Of a stretch of DNA of 64,000 nucleotides, positions 27,728 to 37,063 are shown in pieces. Numbering within the stretch: position 1 is the stretch's first letter; each line of letters begins with the position of its first letter. Below the pieces are notes generated by a model that was not told the DNA's origin, ran no database searches, and saw only the letters and a program-made list of their open reading frames with translations. The position numbers and the translations under genes were made by a program. This stretch comes from Kiritimatiellia bacterium (lineage in GTDB: Bacteria; Verrucomicrobiota; Kiritimatiellia; RFP12; UBA1067): positions 1 to 64,000 of the forward strand of contig JBMNFY010000020.1 in NCBI GenBank assembly GCA_050949565.1, given 5' to 3'.

Positions 27728-30498
27728 GTGAGAATCCTTTGGCTTCATCAGTATTTCGCGACGCCGCGTGGTTGGGGCGCGGTGCGGACGTATGAGTTTG
27801 CGCGGCGGTTTGTGCGCGCGGGACATGCCGTGGATGTGGTGTGTTGCGCAGGCTATGACGATTCGTTGCGGCCGACGGGACGTAGGCCGCTGATGGTTGA
27901 CGGCGTACGGGTCTTTGTGAGCGGCACGACTTACCGTCCGCAGATGGGGTTCACGCGGCGTGTGGTGTCGTTCTTGCGTTTCATGACCGCTGCTCTGTGG
28001 TTTGTGTTACGGCATGGACGGGACTACGACAGGGTGATCGCGTCGAGCGGGCCGCTGACGCTGGCCGTGCCGGCGCTGGTCGGTCGATGGTTGTGGCGCG
28101 TGCCGTATGTCTTTGAGGTGATCGATGTCTGGCCTGATTCGGCGATCGCCGCAGGTGTGCTGAAGAACCCTGTGTTAAAGTGGTTGAGTTTTCGGCTGGA
28201 GGCGCTGGCCTATCGGCATGCCGCCGCGATTGTTACCTGCTCAACCGGCATGACAGCGCGGGTGGAAGGAAAGCTGGGTGGGAACGCAGAACGCAGAACG
28301 CAGAACGCAGAACGTAGAAGTGGGGAAGGGGAGAACGCAGAACGCAGAACGCAGAACGCAGAACGTAGAAGTGGGGAAGGGGAGAACGCAGAACGCAGAA
28401 CGCAGAACGCAGAAAAGAAGATTGTTACGATTTCGAACTGCTGTGATTTGGAGACGTGTGCGCCGGATGAGGCGGTGCGGCGGGCGGTGCGGTCGAAGTA
28501 TGGCGTGCGCGAGGATCAGATGGTGGTGCTCTACAGCGGCGCGATGGGGCGAAGCAATGCGATGGAGGATGTGGCCGCCGCCGTGGCGGCGACGGCGGAG
28601 GATGAGCGGATTGTCTGGTGGTTTGCGGGAGACGGGGCTTATTGCGGCTGCGTAACGCAGAACGCAGAACGCCGAACGCAGGACGCAGAAGTGGGGAATG
28701 GGGAAACGCTCAACGCTCAAGCGGGGGAACGGGAGGGACAAGCGTCTGCTTGTCCGAGAACGCAGAACGCAGAACGCCGAACGCAGGACGCAGAAGTGGG
28801 GAATGGGGAAACGCTCAACGCTCAAGCGGGGGAACGGGAGGGACAAGCGTCTGCTTGTCCGAGAACGCAGAACGCAGAACGCCGAACGCAGGACGCAGAA
28901 GTGGGGAATGGGGAAACGCTCAACGCTCAAGTGTGGGAACGGGAGGGGCAAGCGTCTGCTTGCCCGAGAACGCCGAACGTCGAACGTCGAACGCTGAACT
29001 CAGAAGTGGAGAATGGGGAAACGCTCAACGCTCAAGAGAGGGAACGGGAGGGGCAAGCGTCTGCTTGCCCGAGAACGCAGGACGCAGAACGCCGAACGCA
29101 GGACGCAGAAGTGGGGAATGGGGAAACGCTCAACGCTCAAGCGGGGGAACGGGAGGGACAAGCGTCTGCTTGTCCGAGAACGCAGAACGCAGAACGCCGA
29201 ACGCAGGACGCAGAAGTGGGGAATGGGGAAACGCTCAACGCTCAAGTGTGGGAACGGGAGGGGCAAGCGTCTGCTTGCCCGAGAACGCCGAACGCGAACG
29301 TCGAACGCTGAACTCAGAAGTGGAGAATGGGGAAACGCTCAACGCTCAAGAGAGGGAACGGGAGGGGCAAGCGTCTGCTTGCCCGAGAACGCAGGACGCA
29401 GAACGCCGAACGCAGGACGCAGAAGTGGGGAATGGGGAAACGCTCAACGCTCAAGAGAGGGAACGGGAGGGGCAAGCGTCTGCTTGCCCGAGAACGACGA
29501 ACGCTGAACTCAGAACGCTGAACTCAGAAGTGGAGAATGGGGAAACGCTCAACGCTCAAGAGAGGGAACGGGAGGGGCAAGCGTCTGCTTGCCCGAGAAC
29601 GCAGAACGCAGAACGCCGAACGCAGGACGCAGAAGTGGGGAATGGGGAAACGCTCAACGCTCAAGAGAGGGAACGGGAGGGGCAAGCGTCTGCTTGCCCG
29701 AGAACGCAGAACGCAGAACGCCGAACGCTGAACTCAGAAGTGGAGAATGGGGAAACGCTCAACGCTCAAGAGAGGGAACGGGAGGGGCAAGCGTCTGCTT
29801 GCCCGAGAACGCAGAACGCAGAACGCCGAACGCAGGACGCAGAAGTGGGGAATGGGGAAACGCTCAACGCTCAAGAGAGGGAACGGGAGGGGCAAGCGTC
29901 TGCTTGTCCGAGAACGCCGAACGCTGAACTCAGAACGCTGAACTCAGAAGTGGAGAATGGGGAAACGCTCAACGCTCAAGAGAGGGAACGGGAGGGGCAA
30001 GCGTCTGCTTGTCCGAGAACGCAGAACGCAGAACGCCGAACGCTGAACTCAGAAGTGGAGAATGGGGGACGGGTGCGGAACTTTGGACGGATGGCGAAGG
30101 AGGAGGTGGTGGTGCTGGTGCGTGCGGCGGATGTGAATCTGGTGACATTCCGGCATGAACCGCTCTTCTTTGAGAATTCGCCCAATAAGTTTTTCGACGG
30201 GATCGCGGCGGGTGTGCCGGCGCTCTTTAACCGCAGCACATGGCTGGAGCCGTGGCTGGAAGCGTATGACTGCGGTATCGTCTGCAAGGGTGAACGCCCC
30301 GGCGAGGAGATGGCGGCGGCGTTGCGCGGGCTGGCTGATGATCCGGAACGCCGTCGGCGTATGGGGCTCGGTGCGCGGCGGCTGGCGGAAGAGGTGTTTG
30401 ACCGGGACAAGCTGGCGGCGGAGTATCTGGCGTTATTATTGCGACCACTCAGTGGTCGTAATGACGAGTGTAAAACCGGACGAGGGGACGGACGCTGA
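27728..30498 (+). CDS. Glycosyltransferase family 4 (WbuB-like) with about 1.5 kb of coding repeats; one-base frameshift near 29295 as assembled
   Basis: N-part 'MRILWLHQYF', 'FEVIDVWP', 'LYSGAMG', 'FAGDG' in 27728-29311; C-part 'SPNKFFDGIAAGVP', 'FDRDKLA' in the 28618-30498 frame. Confidence 0.85.
28282..28413 (+). repeat. GAACGCA heptamer array, in frame
   Basis: (gaacgca)n blocks separated by gaacgtagaagtggggaagggga; peptide NAERRTQNAERRSGEGE. Confidence 0.9.
28654..30068 (+). repeat. 105-bp coding tandem repeat, 13 hairpin-B units
   Basis: gg(g/a)caagcgtctgcttg(c/t)cc at 28736, 28841, 28946, 29051, 29156, 29261, 29365, 29470, 29575, 29680, 29785, 29890, 29995. Confidence 0.97.
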
Positions 30499-30566
30499 AT
30501 GCGCACAGGACATGCGATGGGGTCTTGCGCGGGATGCGCCCGGTGACGTAAGGTTTTAACCTCGTT
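30436..30566 (+). repeat. Element A supplying the GT4 C-terminus
   Basis: ttattgcgaccactcagtggtcgtaatgacgagtgtaaaa...cgtaaggttttaacctc. Confidence 0.88.
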
Positions 30567-30612
30567 TAAGGGGGGTTAGGTAGGGGGATTTGGGCAATAA
30601 ACTGTAAAATCG

Positions 30613-30642
30613 TTGACAACGAGTGCCGAAAAGCTGTAATTT
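30613..30642 (+). promoter_or_regulatory. Putative sigma70 promoter
   Basis: Perfect TTGACA, 18 bp spacer, TAATTT; ATG 30650 follows after 7 nt with no SD. Confidence 0.5.
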
Positions 30643-30649
30643 AATACAC

Positions 30650-31909
30650 ATGAAGAGTGAAAAGACAGTTGATCGGGTTTTGCGCCAGCGCCTTTCTCCT
30701 TCGGAGAGGCGCAGGCTTGTCATTGTCACCGGAGCGCGGCAGACGGGGAAGACCACGTTGCTGAAGCGGACTTATCCCGATTTGCGATACGTCAACCTTG
30801 ATGCCTTTGAGAACAGGGAATGGACGAGGGAGGTCTCTTCCTTCGACTGGGCTGGCCGTGTGGGGCAGGCGGTGATCGATGAGGCGCAAAAAGAGCCATC
30901 GGTTTTTGAGAAGGTGAAGTTCGCTTTCGACGCAGGAACCTTGTCCTTCTCGGTGCTTTCCGGTTCCGCGCAGATTCTTCTGCTTTCGCGTGTCCGCGAG
31001 ACGTTGGCGGGGCGCGCGTTCGTCTATGAACTGTGGCCGTTGCTATTCTGCGAATTGGCCGCCGCTGTGCGGGGGGTGCCGCTGGCGCCGCCGTTTTGCG
31101 CGAGAATCGCAACGTGCGAAAACCTCGGGGCGCTCTTCTCCTCGTTGCCGTCGTCTCTGCCGCCCGAGGAGGCACATGCGCTGGATCAGGTTCAGGAGCA
31201 CTTGCTGACATGGGGCGGGATGCCGGAACTGCTTCGGCTGGATGACGAAGACCGTCGGCAGTGGCTGCGCTCATACGAGATAACGTACCTTGAGCGTGAT
31301 TTGGGCGACCTCGCGCGTCTTTCTGATCTCGCGCCCTTCAAAAAGTTTCAGCGGATCGCTGCGCTGAGGTCTGGTGGGATGCTTTCGTATTCCGAACTTT
31401 CGAAAGACGCGGGTGTCAGTTCCGAGACCGCTCGGCGTTATCTGGAATATCTTCGGATTTCTTACCAGATGTTTATGTTGTCGCCCTACCACGTCAATCT
31501 CACCAGTCAGGTTGTCAAAACGCCCAAGATCTACTGGAGCGACGTAGGTTTGTTGCGGCAGGTCAGCGGACAGTTCCGAACGACCACCGGAGCACTATTC
31601 GAGACGTTTGTTGTCAGCGAACTGAAAAAATGGGCGAGTACCAGCGGATCGGAGTTGCGCCTGTTCTATTACCGGACGCGTTCGGGGCTTGAGGCTGACC
31701 TGCTGATCGAGACGGAAAAAGGGCTGATCGGCATTGAAATCAAGTCGCACGAGCGTGTGGATCGATCGGACGCATCGGGCTTGCGCCGTATCGCGGAGGC
31801 CGCCGGCACGAAATGGCAGGGGGGAATGGTTGTTTATCCGGGCTCGCGGCTGTTTCCTTTGTGTGAACCGGAAATCTGGGCCGTGCCGGCATCGCGGTTG
31901 CTGGCGTAG
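30650..31909 (+). CDS. ATP-binding protein (AAA_14 + DUF4143)
   Basis: Walker A 'GARQTGKT', Walker B 'VIDEAQ', 'LSGS', 'ETLAGR', 'KTPKIYWSDVGL', 'YYRTRSGLEADL', 'IEIK'. Confidence 0.92.
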   Translation: MKSEKTVDRVLRQRLSPSERRRLVIVTGARQTGKTTLLKRTYPDLRYVNLDAFENREWTREVSSFDWAGRVGQAVIDEAQKEPSVFEKVKFAFDAGTLSFSVLSGSAQILLLSRVRETLAGRAFVYELWPLLFCELAAAVRGVPLAPPFCARIATCENLGALFSSLPSSLPPEEAHALDQVQEHLLTWGGMPELLRLDDEDRRQWLRSYEITYLERDLGDLARLSDLAPFKKFQRIAALRSGGMLSYSELSKDAGVSSETARRYLEYLRISYQMFMLSPYHVNLTSQVVKTPKIYWSDVGLLRQVSGQFRTTTGALFETFVVSELKKWASTSGSELRLFYYRTRSGLEADLLIETEKGLIGIEIKSHERVDRSDASGLRRIAEAAGTKWQGGMVVYPGSRLFPLCEPEIWAVPASRLLA

Positions 31910-31918
31910 GGAGCAAGT

Positions 31919-32539
31919 ATGAAACGGGTGCTGGATGTGGCGGCGGTGGTACTGACGGCGGTGGTATGGGTGCCGCTGTTGCTACTGGCTATGGCGGTGG
32001 TACGGGCGGCGTTGGGTCGCCCGGTTTTTTTTGTGCAGGAGCGGGCGGGACGTGACGGACGCCCGTTCCGGCTGGTGAAGCTGCGCACCATGCGCGAAGG
32101 CGACGAACCGGATGCCGAACGGCTGACACGCGTGGGACGGTGGTTGCGTGCTACAAGCCTTGATGAGTTGCCGGAATTGTGGCATGTCTTGCGTGGCGAG
32201 ATGTCGCTGGTCGGGCCGCGTCCACTGCCGGTGCGGTATCTGCCGCGCTATTCGCCGCAGCAGGCGCGGCGGCATGAGGTGCGGCCGGGGATCACGGGCT
32301 GGGCACAGGTGAACGGCAGGAATTCGCTGACATGGGAGCAGAAATTCGCGTATGATGTCTGGTATGTGGATCACATGGGTTTCTGGCTGGATGTGAAGAT
32401 CCTGTGGCGGACGGTGTGGCAGGTGTTGGCACGGCGCGGGATCTCGGCCGAGGGTGAAGCGACGATGGGGGAGTTTTTATTGCGACCACCCAGTGGTCGC
32501 AATGACGAGTGTAAAAACGGGCGGGCAGGCGGGCGCTGA
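31919..32539 (+). CDS. pglC: Bacterial sugar transferase, initiating phosphoglycosyltransferase (PglC-like)
   Basis: 'MKRVLD', 'KLRTM', 'LRATSLDELPEL', 'MSLVGPRP', 'RPGITGWAQVNGR'; tail derived from element A. Confidence 0.88.
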   Translation: MKRVLDVAAVVLTAVVWVPLLLLAMAVVRAALGRPVFFVQERAGRDGRPFRLVKLRTMREGDEPDAERLTRVGRWLRATSLDELPELWHVLRGEMSLVGPRPLPVRYLPRYSPQQARRHEVRPGITGWAQVNGRNSLTWEQKFAYDVWYVDHMGFWLDVKILWRTVWQVLARRGISAEGEATMGEFLLRPPSGRNDECKNGRAGGR

Positions 32540-32635
32540 ATGCGCACGGGACATGCAATGGCGTCTCGCGCGAAATGTGCCCGGTGGCGTAAGTTTTTAA
32601 CCTCACCTTTGTGGCCACTGGGTGGTCACGAAAAA
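32477..32635 (+). repeat. Full-length element A
   Basis: Both hairpins present (ttgcgaccacccagtggtcgcaa ... tttgtggccactgggtggtcacgaa). Confidence 0.88.
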
Positions 32636-32671
32636 TAAAAACGGGCGGGCGGAGAGAGGAGCGTTAGGGCA

Positions 32672-33298
32672 GTGAAACAGATCGTGATTGTGGGAGCGGG
32701 GGGCTTCGGGCGCGAGGCGGCGTGGGTGGTCGAGCGGATCAATGCTGCTGCGCCGCAGTTTAAGCTACTGGGCTTTTGTGATGACGCGGCGGATAAGCGT
32801 ACAGGGCAGTACGGCGGCTATCCGCTGTTGGGACCGCTCTCCGGCGTGAAAGCGCGTCGCGACGCGGTGGGCTTTTTTTGCGCGATCGGTAACAACCGCG
32901 TGCGGCGGGATGTATTCGCCGAGGGCAGGGCGCTGGGACTTGAGCCGGTGTCGCTGATTGACCCGAGCGCGGTTATCGCGCCGGATGTGGAGATCGGTCG
33001 AGGGAGCTTTGTTGGCGTTAACAGCGTGGTGTCCGTGGGGGCGTCGCTGGGTGAGGGGGTGCTGGTGAACCATCAGGTGTGCGTGGGACATGATGCGCAG
33101 ATCGGGGACTTCGCGCAGCTTTGTCCGGGTGTGTGCGTCTCGGGCGGGTGTGAGGTTGGCGAGGGGGCGCTGCTGGGCACGCTCGCAGGCACCATTCCGC
33201 TGAAGCATGTGGGCGCGTGGGCGACGCTGGGCGCGGGCAGCGTGGCGCTCAGGGATGTGGCGGAGGGGGCGGCGGTTGTGCGGCTTGCTGCGCGGTGA
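32672..33298 (+). CDS. NeuD/PglD family sugar acetyltransferase
   Basis: 'IVGAGGFGRE', 'AIGNN..R', hexapeptide repeats, 'VGHD'. Confidence 0.88.
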   Translation: MKQIVIVGAGGFGREAAWVVERINAAAPQFKLLGFCDDAADKRTGQYGGYPLLGPLSGVKARRDAVGFFCAIGNNRVRRDVFAEGRALGLEPVSLIDPSAVIAPDVEIGRGSFVGVNSVVSVGASLGEGVLVNHQVCVGHDAQIGDFAQLCPGVCVSGGCEVGEGALLGTLAGTIPLKHVGAWATLGAGSVALRDVAEGAAVVRLAAR

Positions 33299-33408
33299 TT
33301 ATTGCGACCACGCAGTGGTCGCAATGACGAGTGTAAAAACGAGCGAGAAGGGTGGGCACTGAATGCGCGCAGAACATGAGAGGGTGGTATGCGCAGGAAT
33401 CGCCCGAG
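33299..33408 (+). repeat. Element A directly after the stop codon
   Basis: TGA-ttattgcgaccacgcagtggtcgcaatgacgagtgtaaaaac. Confidence 0.85.
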
Positions 33409-33435
33409 AAAGAGACTGGCACGAGATTGGTTAAG

Positions 33436-35142
33436 ATGAGGGTTTGGGCGAGTGAAAGAGGACGGGTGCTGGGTGTCAGCGCGTTGGTCGGGCTGGCGGC
33501 GCTGGTGGTGTATGCAACGACCGCGCAACGTGGGATCAGTTGGCAGGACAGCGGCGAGTATCAGTATAAGTTTTTAGCCGAGGCATACGACTGGGAGGTC
33601 GGGGCGGGCATTGCGCGTCTGCATCCGACATACATCCTGTTGACGCGGCTGTTGGTGTCGTGTCTGCCGGGGGGGGGTGTGCCGTATGTCTATACGCTGT
33701 CGAGCGGGGTGGGCATGGCGCTGGCGCTGGCGGTCTTGGTGCTGACGGTGTACGGCATGACGCGGTCATTGCGCGCGGGGTGTCTAGCGGCTGTATTGCT
33801 GGGCGGTGCGCACATGGCCTGGTGGCTGAGTACGATGGCGGAGGTCTACACATGGTCGCTGGCCTTGCTGATGCTGGAACTAGCGTGCCTGATGAAGACG
33901 CTGCGGGAACGATCATTCGCATGGTTTGCGGGCGCGATCTTTTTCAACGGTTTTCATTTCGGAGTGCATCACTTTGCATTGCTGAACCTGCCGGTGTATG
34001 CGGTGCTGTTCTGGTTGCTGTTCCGGCGCAAGGCGTGGCACTGGGGCGCATGCGCGGGGCTCTGGCTATTCGGCGCGTTGCCGATTGTGATCCCGATCGT
34101 GCGTTATTGGGTGGCGAGTGGCAGTCTGGAAGCGGTGATCCGGAGTGCGTTGTTCGGCGAGGTGTTCCAGCAGAAGATCTTGGCGTTGGATGTACGCAAT
34201 GGGCCGCTCTGGAGGGCGAACATGGCGCTGGCGAGTGTTAGTTTCATGAATCCGTGCTGGCTGTATGCGGTGGTGGTGCCGCTGGTGGCGTGGCGAGCGT
34301 GGCGGATGAGGGGGAGAACGTCGGACGTCGAACGCCGAACGCCGAACGCAGAACGTCGAACGTCGAACGTCGAACGCAGAACGCAGAACGCAGAAGTGGA
34401 GAATGGGGAAAACGTTCAACTTTCAACATTCAACGCTCAACGCTCAAGTACGGGAACGGGAGGGGCAAGCGTCCGCTTGCCCGAGAACGCCGAACGTCGA
34501 ACGCAGAACGCAGAACGCAGAAGTGGAGCGACATTGTTGGCGTTGACGGCGCTACATGCGTTTTTCTGGGTGCGGTATCTGGTGCCGGATCAGGCGACCT
34601 TCCTGCTGCCGACGCTGGGGCTGCTGGCGGTGTGGGCGGGCGTGGGCGCGGCGCGTGTGTTACTGCGTGAACGGCGCGGGTGGTTTGCGCCGAGTTTGGC
34701 GGTGTCGCTGGCGTGCAGCGTGTTGGTACCGCATGCGGTTTGCAGGACGGCTGAGCGGTTGTTGCCGCCACGGTCGCGTGTGTTACCGTTCCGCGACGAG
34801 TTTGCGTATTGGGCATATCCGTGGAAGCACAACGAGGATTCGGCGGAGCGATTTGTCGAGGCGGTGGCGCGTGAGCGTTATCCCGAGGACATGGTGGTGT
34901 GGGCGGATACGACGGCGGTCGCACCGCTGATGGCGGCTCAGGCGATGGGACGGTTACCGGCGTCGTGGCGCTGGCTCTCCTATTGGCAAAATGAAGAGGA
35001 CGAGGTGATCATACAGCGGTTGCAGGCGTCGCCGGATGGCGGTTATGTGGTGTCGCCACTCCGATGCTATGTGCCGGAGGCGATTCTTGAGCAGGCGCAA
35101 TCGTTCGAGCGTCGCGGTGTACTGCATCGTATCGTGTGGTAA
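33436..35142 (+). CDS. DUF2723/TMEM260-like multi-TM GT-C glycosyltransferase with an in-frame repeat insertion
   Basis: 'WQDSGEYQ', 'HPTY', 'STMAEVYT', many TM helices; insert 34315-34527; start uncertain (33352-33467). Confidence 0.75.
   Translation: MRVWASERGRVLGVSALVGLAALVVYATTAQRGISWQDSGEYQYKFLAEAYDWEVGAGIARLHPTYILLTRLLVSCLPGGGVPYVYTLSSGVGMALALAVLVLTVYGMTRSLRAGCLAAVLLGGAHMAWWLSTMAEVYTWSLALLMLELACLMKTLRERSFAWFAGAIFFNGFHFGVHHFALLNLPVYAVLFWLLFRRKAWHWGACAGLWLFGALPIVIPIVRYWVASGSLEAVIRSALFGEVFQQKILALDVRNGPLWRANMALASVSFMNPCWLYAVVVPLVAWRAWRMRGRTSDVERRTPNAERRTSNVERRTQNAEVENGENVQLSTFNAQRSSTGTGGASVRLPENAERRTQNAERRSGATLLALTALHAFFWVRYLVPDQATFLLPTLGLLAVWAGVGAARVLLRERRGWFAPSLAVSLACSVLVPHAVCRTAERLLPPRSRVLPFRDEFAYWAYPWKHNEDSAERFVEAVARERYPEDMVVWADTTAVAPLMAAQAMGRLPASWRWLSYWQNEEDEVIIQRLQASPDGGYVVSPLRCYVPEAILEQAQSFERRGVLHRIVW
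34315..34527 (+). repeat. Heptamer plus hairpin-B insertion, in frame
   Basis: gaacgtc/gaacgcc/gaacgca arrays, tcaacgc motifs and gggcaagcgtccgcttgccc. Confidence 0.9.
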
Positions 35143-35151
35143 GGGAATGTC

Positions 35152-36679
35152 ATGAGCAAGCGGATTTTTTTGTCGCCGCCGTGGCTGGGCGGCAGCGAGC
35201 GGGCCAGGGTGGAAGAGGCTTTCGCGTCCGGCTACATCGCGCCGTGCGGGCCGATGGTGGATCGGTTTGAGCGCGCGTTCGCCGAGCGGACGGGCATTGC
35301 GCATGCCTGTGCGTTGTCGAGCGGGAGCGCCGCGCTCGACCTGCTGTTTCACGAGTTGGGGATCGGTCCTGGGGATCGTGTATTCTGTTCTGACCTAACC
35401 TTTATCTCTTCCATCGCGTCGGCGGTGCAACGCGGTGCCGAGCCGGTGTTCATCGATTGCGACGAGACAAGCTGGACGATGGATCCGGATTTGCTGGAAG
35501 AGGCGTTGGCGCAGGCCGCAGCCGAAGGGCGGTTGCCCAAAGCGGTGGTGGCGGTGGATCTCTATGGTCAGTGCTGCGACTACGGGCGTATCGAATCGCT
35601 GTGCGAGCAGTACGGGGTGCCGCTGATTATTGATGCGGCGGAGGCGCTGGGCGCTTGTTATTGCGACCACGGAGTGGTCGCGGGAACGTCAGAACTCAGA
35701 ACGCAGAACTCAGAATGCAGAAGCGGGAACGTTCAACGCTCAACGCTCAACGCTCAACGCTCAAGTTAGGGAACGGGAGGGGCAAGCGTCTGCTTGCCCG
35801 AGAACTCAGAACGCAGAACGTAGAACGCGGAACGCAGAAGTGGAAACGTTCAACGCTCAAGGAAGGAGCGCCGGAGATGCTGGATGGGCGGCGGTGTTTT
35901 CTTTTAACGGCAACAAGATCATCACGACATCGGGTGGCGGGATGTTGGCGTCGCGTGATGCGGGGGTAGTGGAGCGGGCGCGGAAGCGGGCGCAGCAGGC
36001 GCGTGAGCCGGTGGTGTGGTATGAACACCGGGAACTGGGATACAACTTCCGCATGAGTAATATCGTGGCGGCGATTGGCGTGGGACAGCTTGAGGCACTG
36101 GAGATCATTCTCGCGAAAAAGCGGCAGATTTTCGAATGGTATTGCGAGCGGCTGGAAGACGTGCCGGGGGTGAGGCTGATGCCGGAGGCGGGGTATGGAC
36201 GGTGCTCGCGGTGGCTTACGGTGGTGGAGTTATTGCGACCACGAAGTGGTCGCAATGACGAGTGTAAAAACGGGCGAGGAACAGGCACTAGATGCGCACG
36301 GGGCATGCAATGGGGAGATGCGCGGGGAGAGCCTAATGATGAGCCCGGCAGACCACGAAGTGGTCGCAATGACGAGTGTAAAAACGAGCCGAGCGCGCAA
36401 GTGATGCGGGTGATTGAGGCGCTTGAGCGGGAGAATATCGAGTCGCGTCCGGTGTGGAAGCCGATGCACCTGCAACCGGTCTTTCAAGGGGCGCGGGTGG
36501 TCGGCGGGGCGGTTTGCGAGCGTCTGTTCGCCAACGGGTTGTGTCTGCCGTCCGGTGCCGGGCTCGAACGGGATGATGTGGAACGGATTTGCGACGTGGT
36601 AGTTGCGGCGCTTGCAAAAGATGTGTCAATTAAATCTCACACAAAGGCACAAAGGACACGAAGGGTATCCACAGATTAA
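35152..36679 (+). CDS. DegT-family aminotransferase (PglE/EpsN-like), frameshifted within a repeat insertion as assembled
   Basis: N-part 'IFLSPP', 'VDLYGQ', 'DAAEALG' (35152-35769); C-part 'SFNGNKIITTSGGG', 'GYNFRMSN', 'ESRPVWKPMHLQP', 'GLCLPSG' in the +1 frame. Confidence 0.85.
35658..35860 (+). repeat. Composite insertion: element A hairpin, heptamers, (TCAACGC)4 and hairpin B
   Basis: ttattgcgaccacggagtggtcgc, agaactc/agaacgc, tcaacgc x4 at 35733-35760, gggcaagcgtctgcttgccc. Confidence 0.9.
36230..36384 (+). repeat. Element A doublet, in frame within the aminotransferase
   Basis: gaccacgaagtggtcgcaatgacgagtgtaaaaacg twice; peptide RPRSGRNDECKN twice. Confidence 0.9.
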
Positions 36680-36962
36680 CACAGATTACGCATTTTTTGG
36701 GGGGGTAGGGCTCGGGTTTGTTTAACCACGGAATACACTGAACACACGGAAAGGCACTGCTCGGTTTTTTTATCACACAAAGGCACAAAGGACACGAAGG
36801 GTATCCACAGATTAACACAGATTACGCATTTTTTGGGGGGTAGGGCTCGGGTTTGTTTAACCACGGAATACACTGAACACACGGAAAGGCACTGCTCGGT
36901 TTTTTTATCACACAAAGGCACAAAGGACACGAAGGGTTTTTGGGGGCACTGCTCGGTTTTTT
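36637..36962 (+). repeat. About 135-bp tandem repeat (about 2.3 units) made of nonamer-type motifs
   Basis: tcacacaaaggcacaaaggacacgaaggg at 36637, 36773, 36908. Confidence 0.92.
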
Positions 36963-37063
36963 TGAAAGATGAGCATGGTTTTTCATGAAGTTTCATGTGT
37001 TTCATGGTTCGGTTTTTTATCCACAGATTGCTCCTAAATCACAAATCACAAATTCAAAAAAGG

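Noticed and set aside
28654-30068. CRISPR array
   Set aside because: Intervals between hairpins are near-identical heptamer strings, not unique spacers; the array is in frame within a gene and no cas genes are present
21805-33408. Integron cassette array with element A as attC
   Set aside because: No tyrosine integrase, no consistent RYYYAAC/GTTRRRY ends, many copies are intragenic, and the adjacent RAYT explains them better
23040-36679. Inteins or self-splicing introns as the source of the insertions
   Set aside because: No intein C/S...HN termini, no group I/II intron or homing-endonuclease features; inserts are low-complexity repeats
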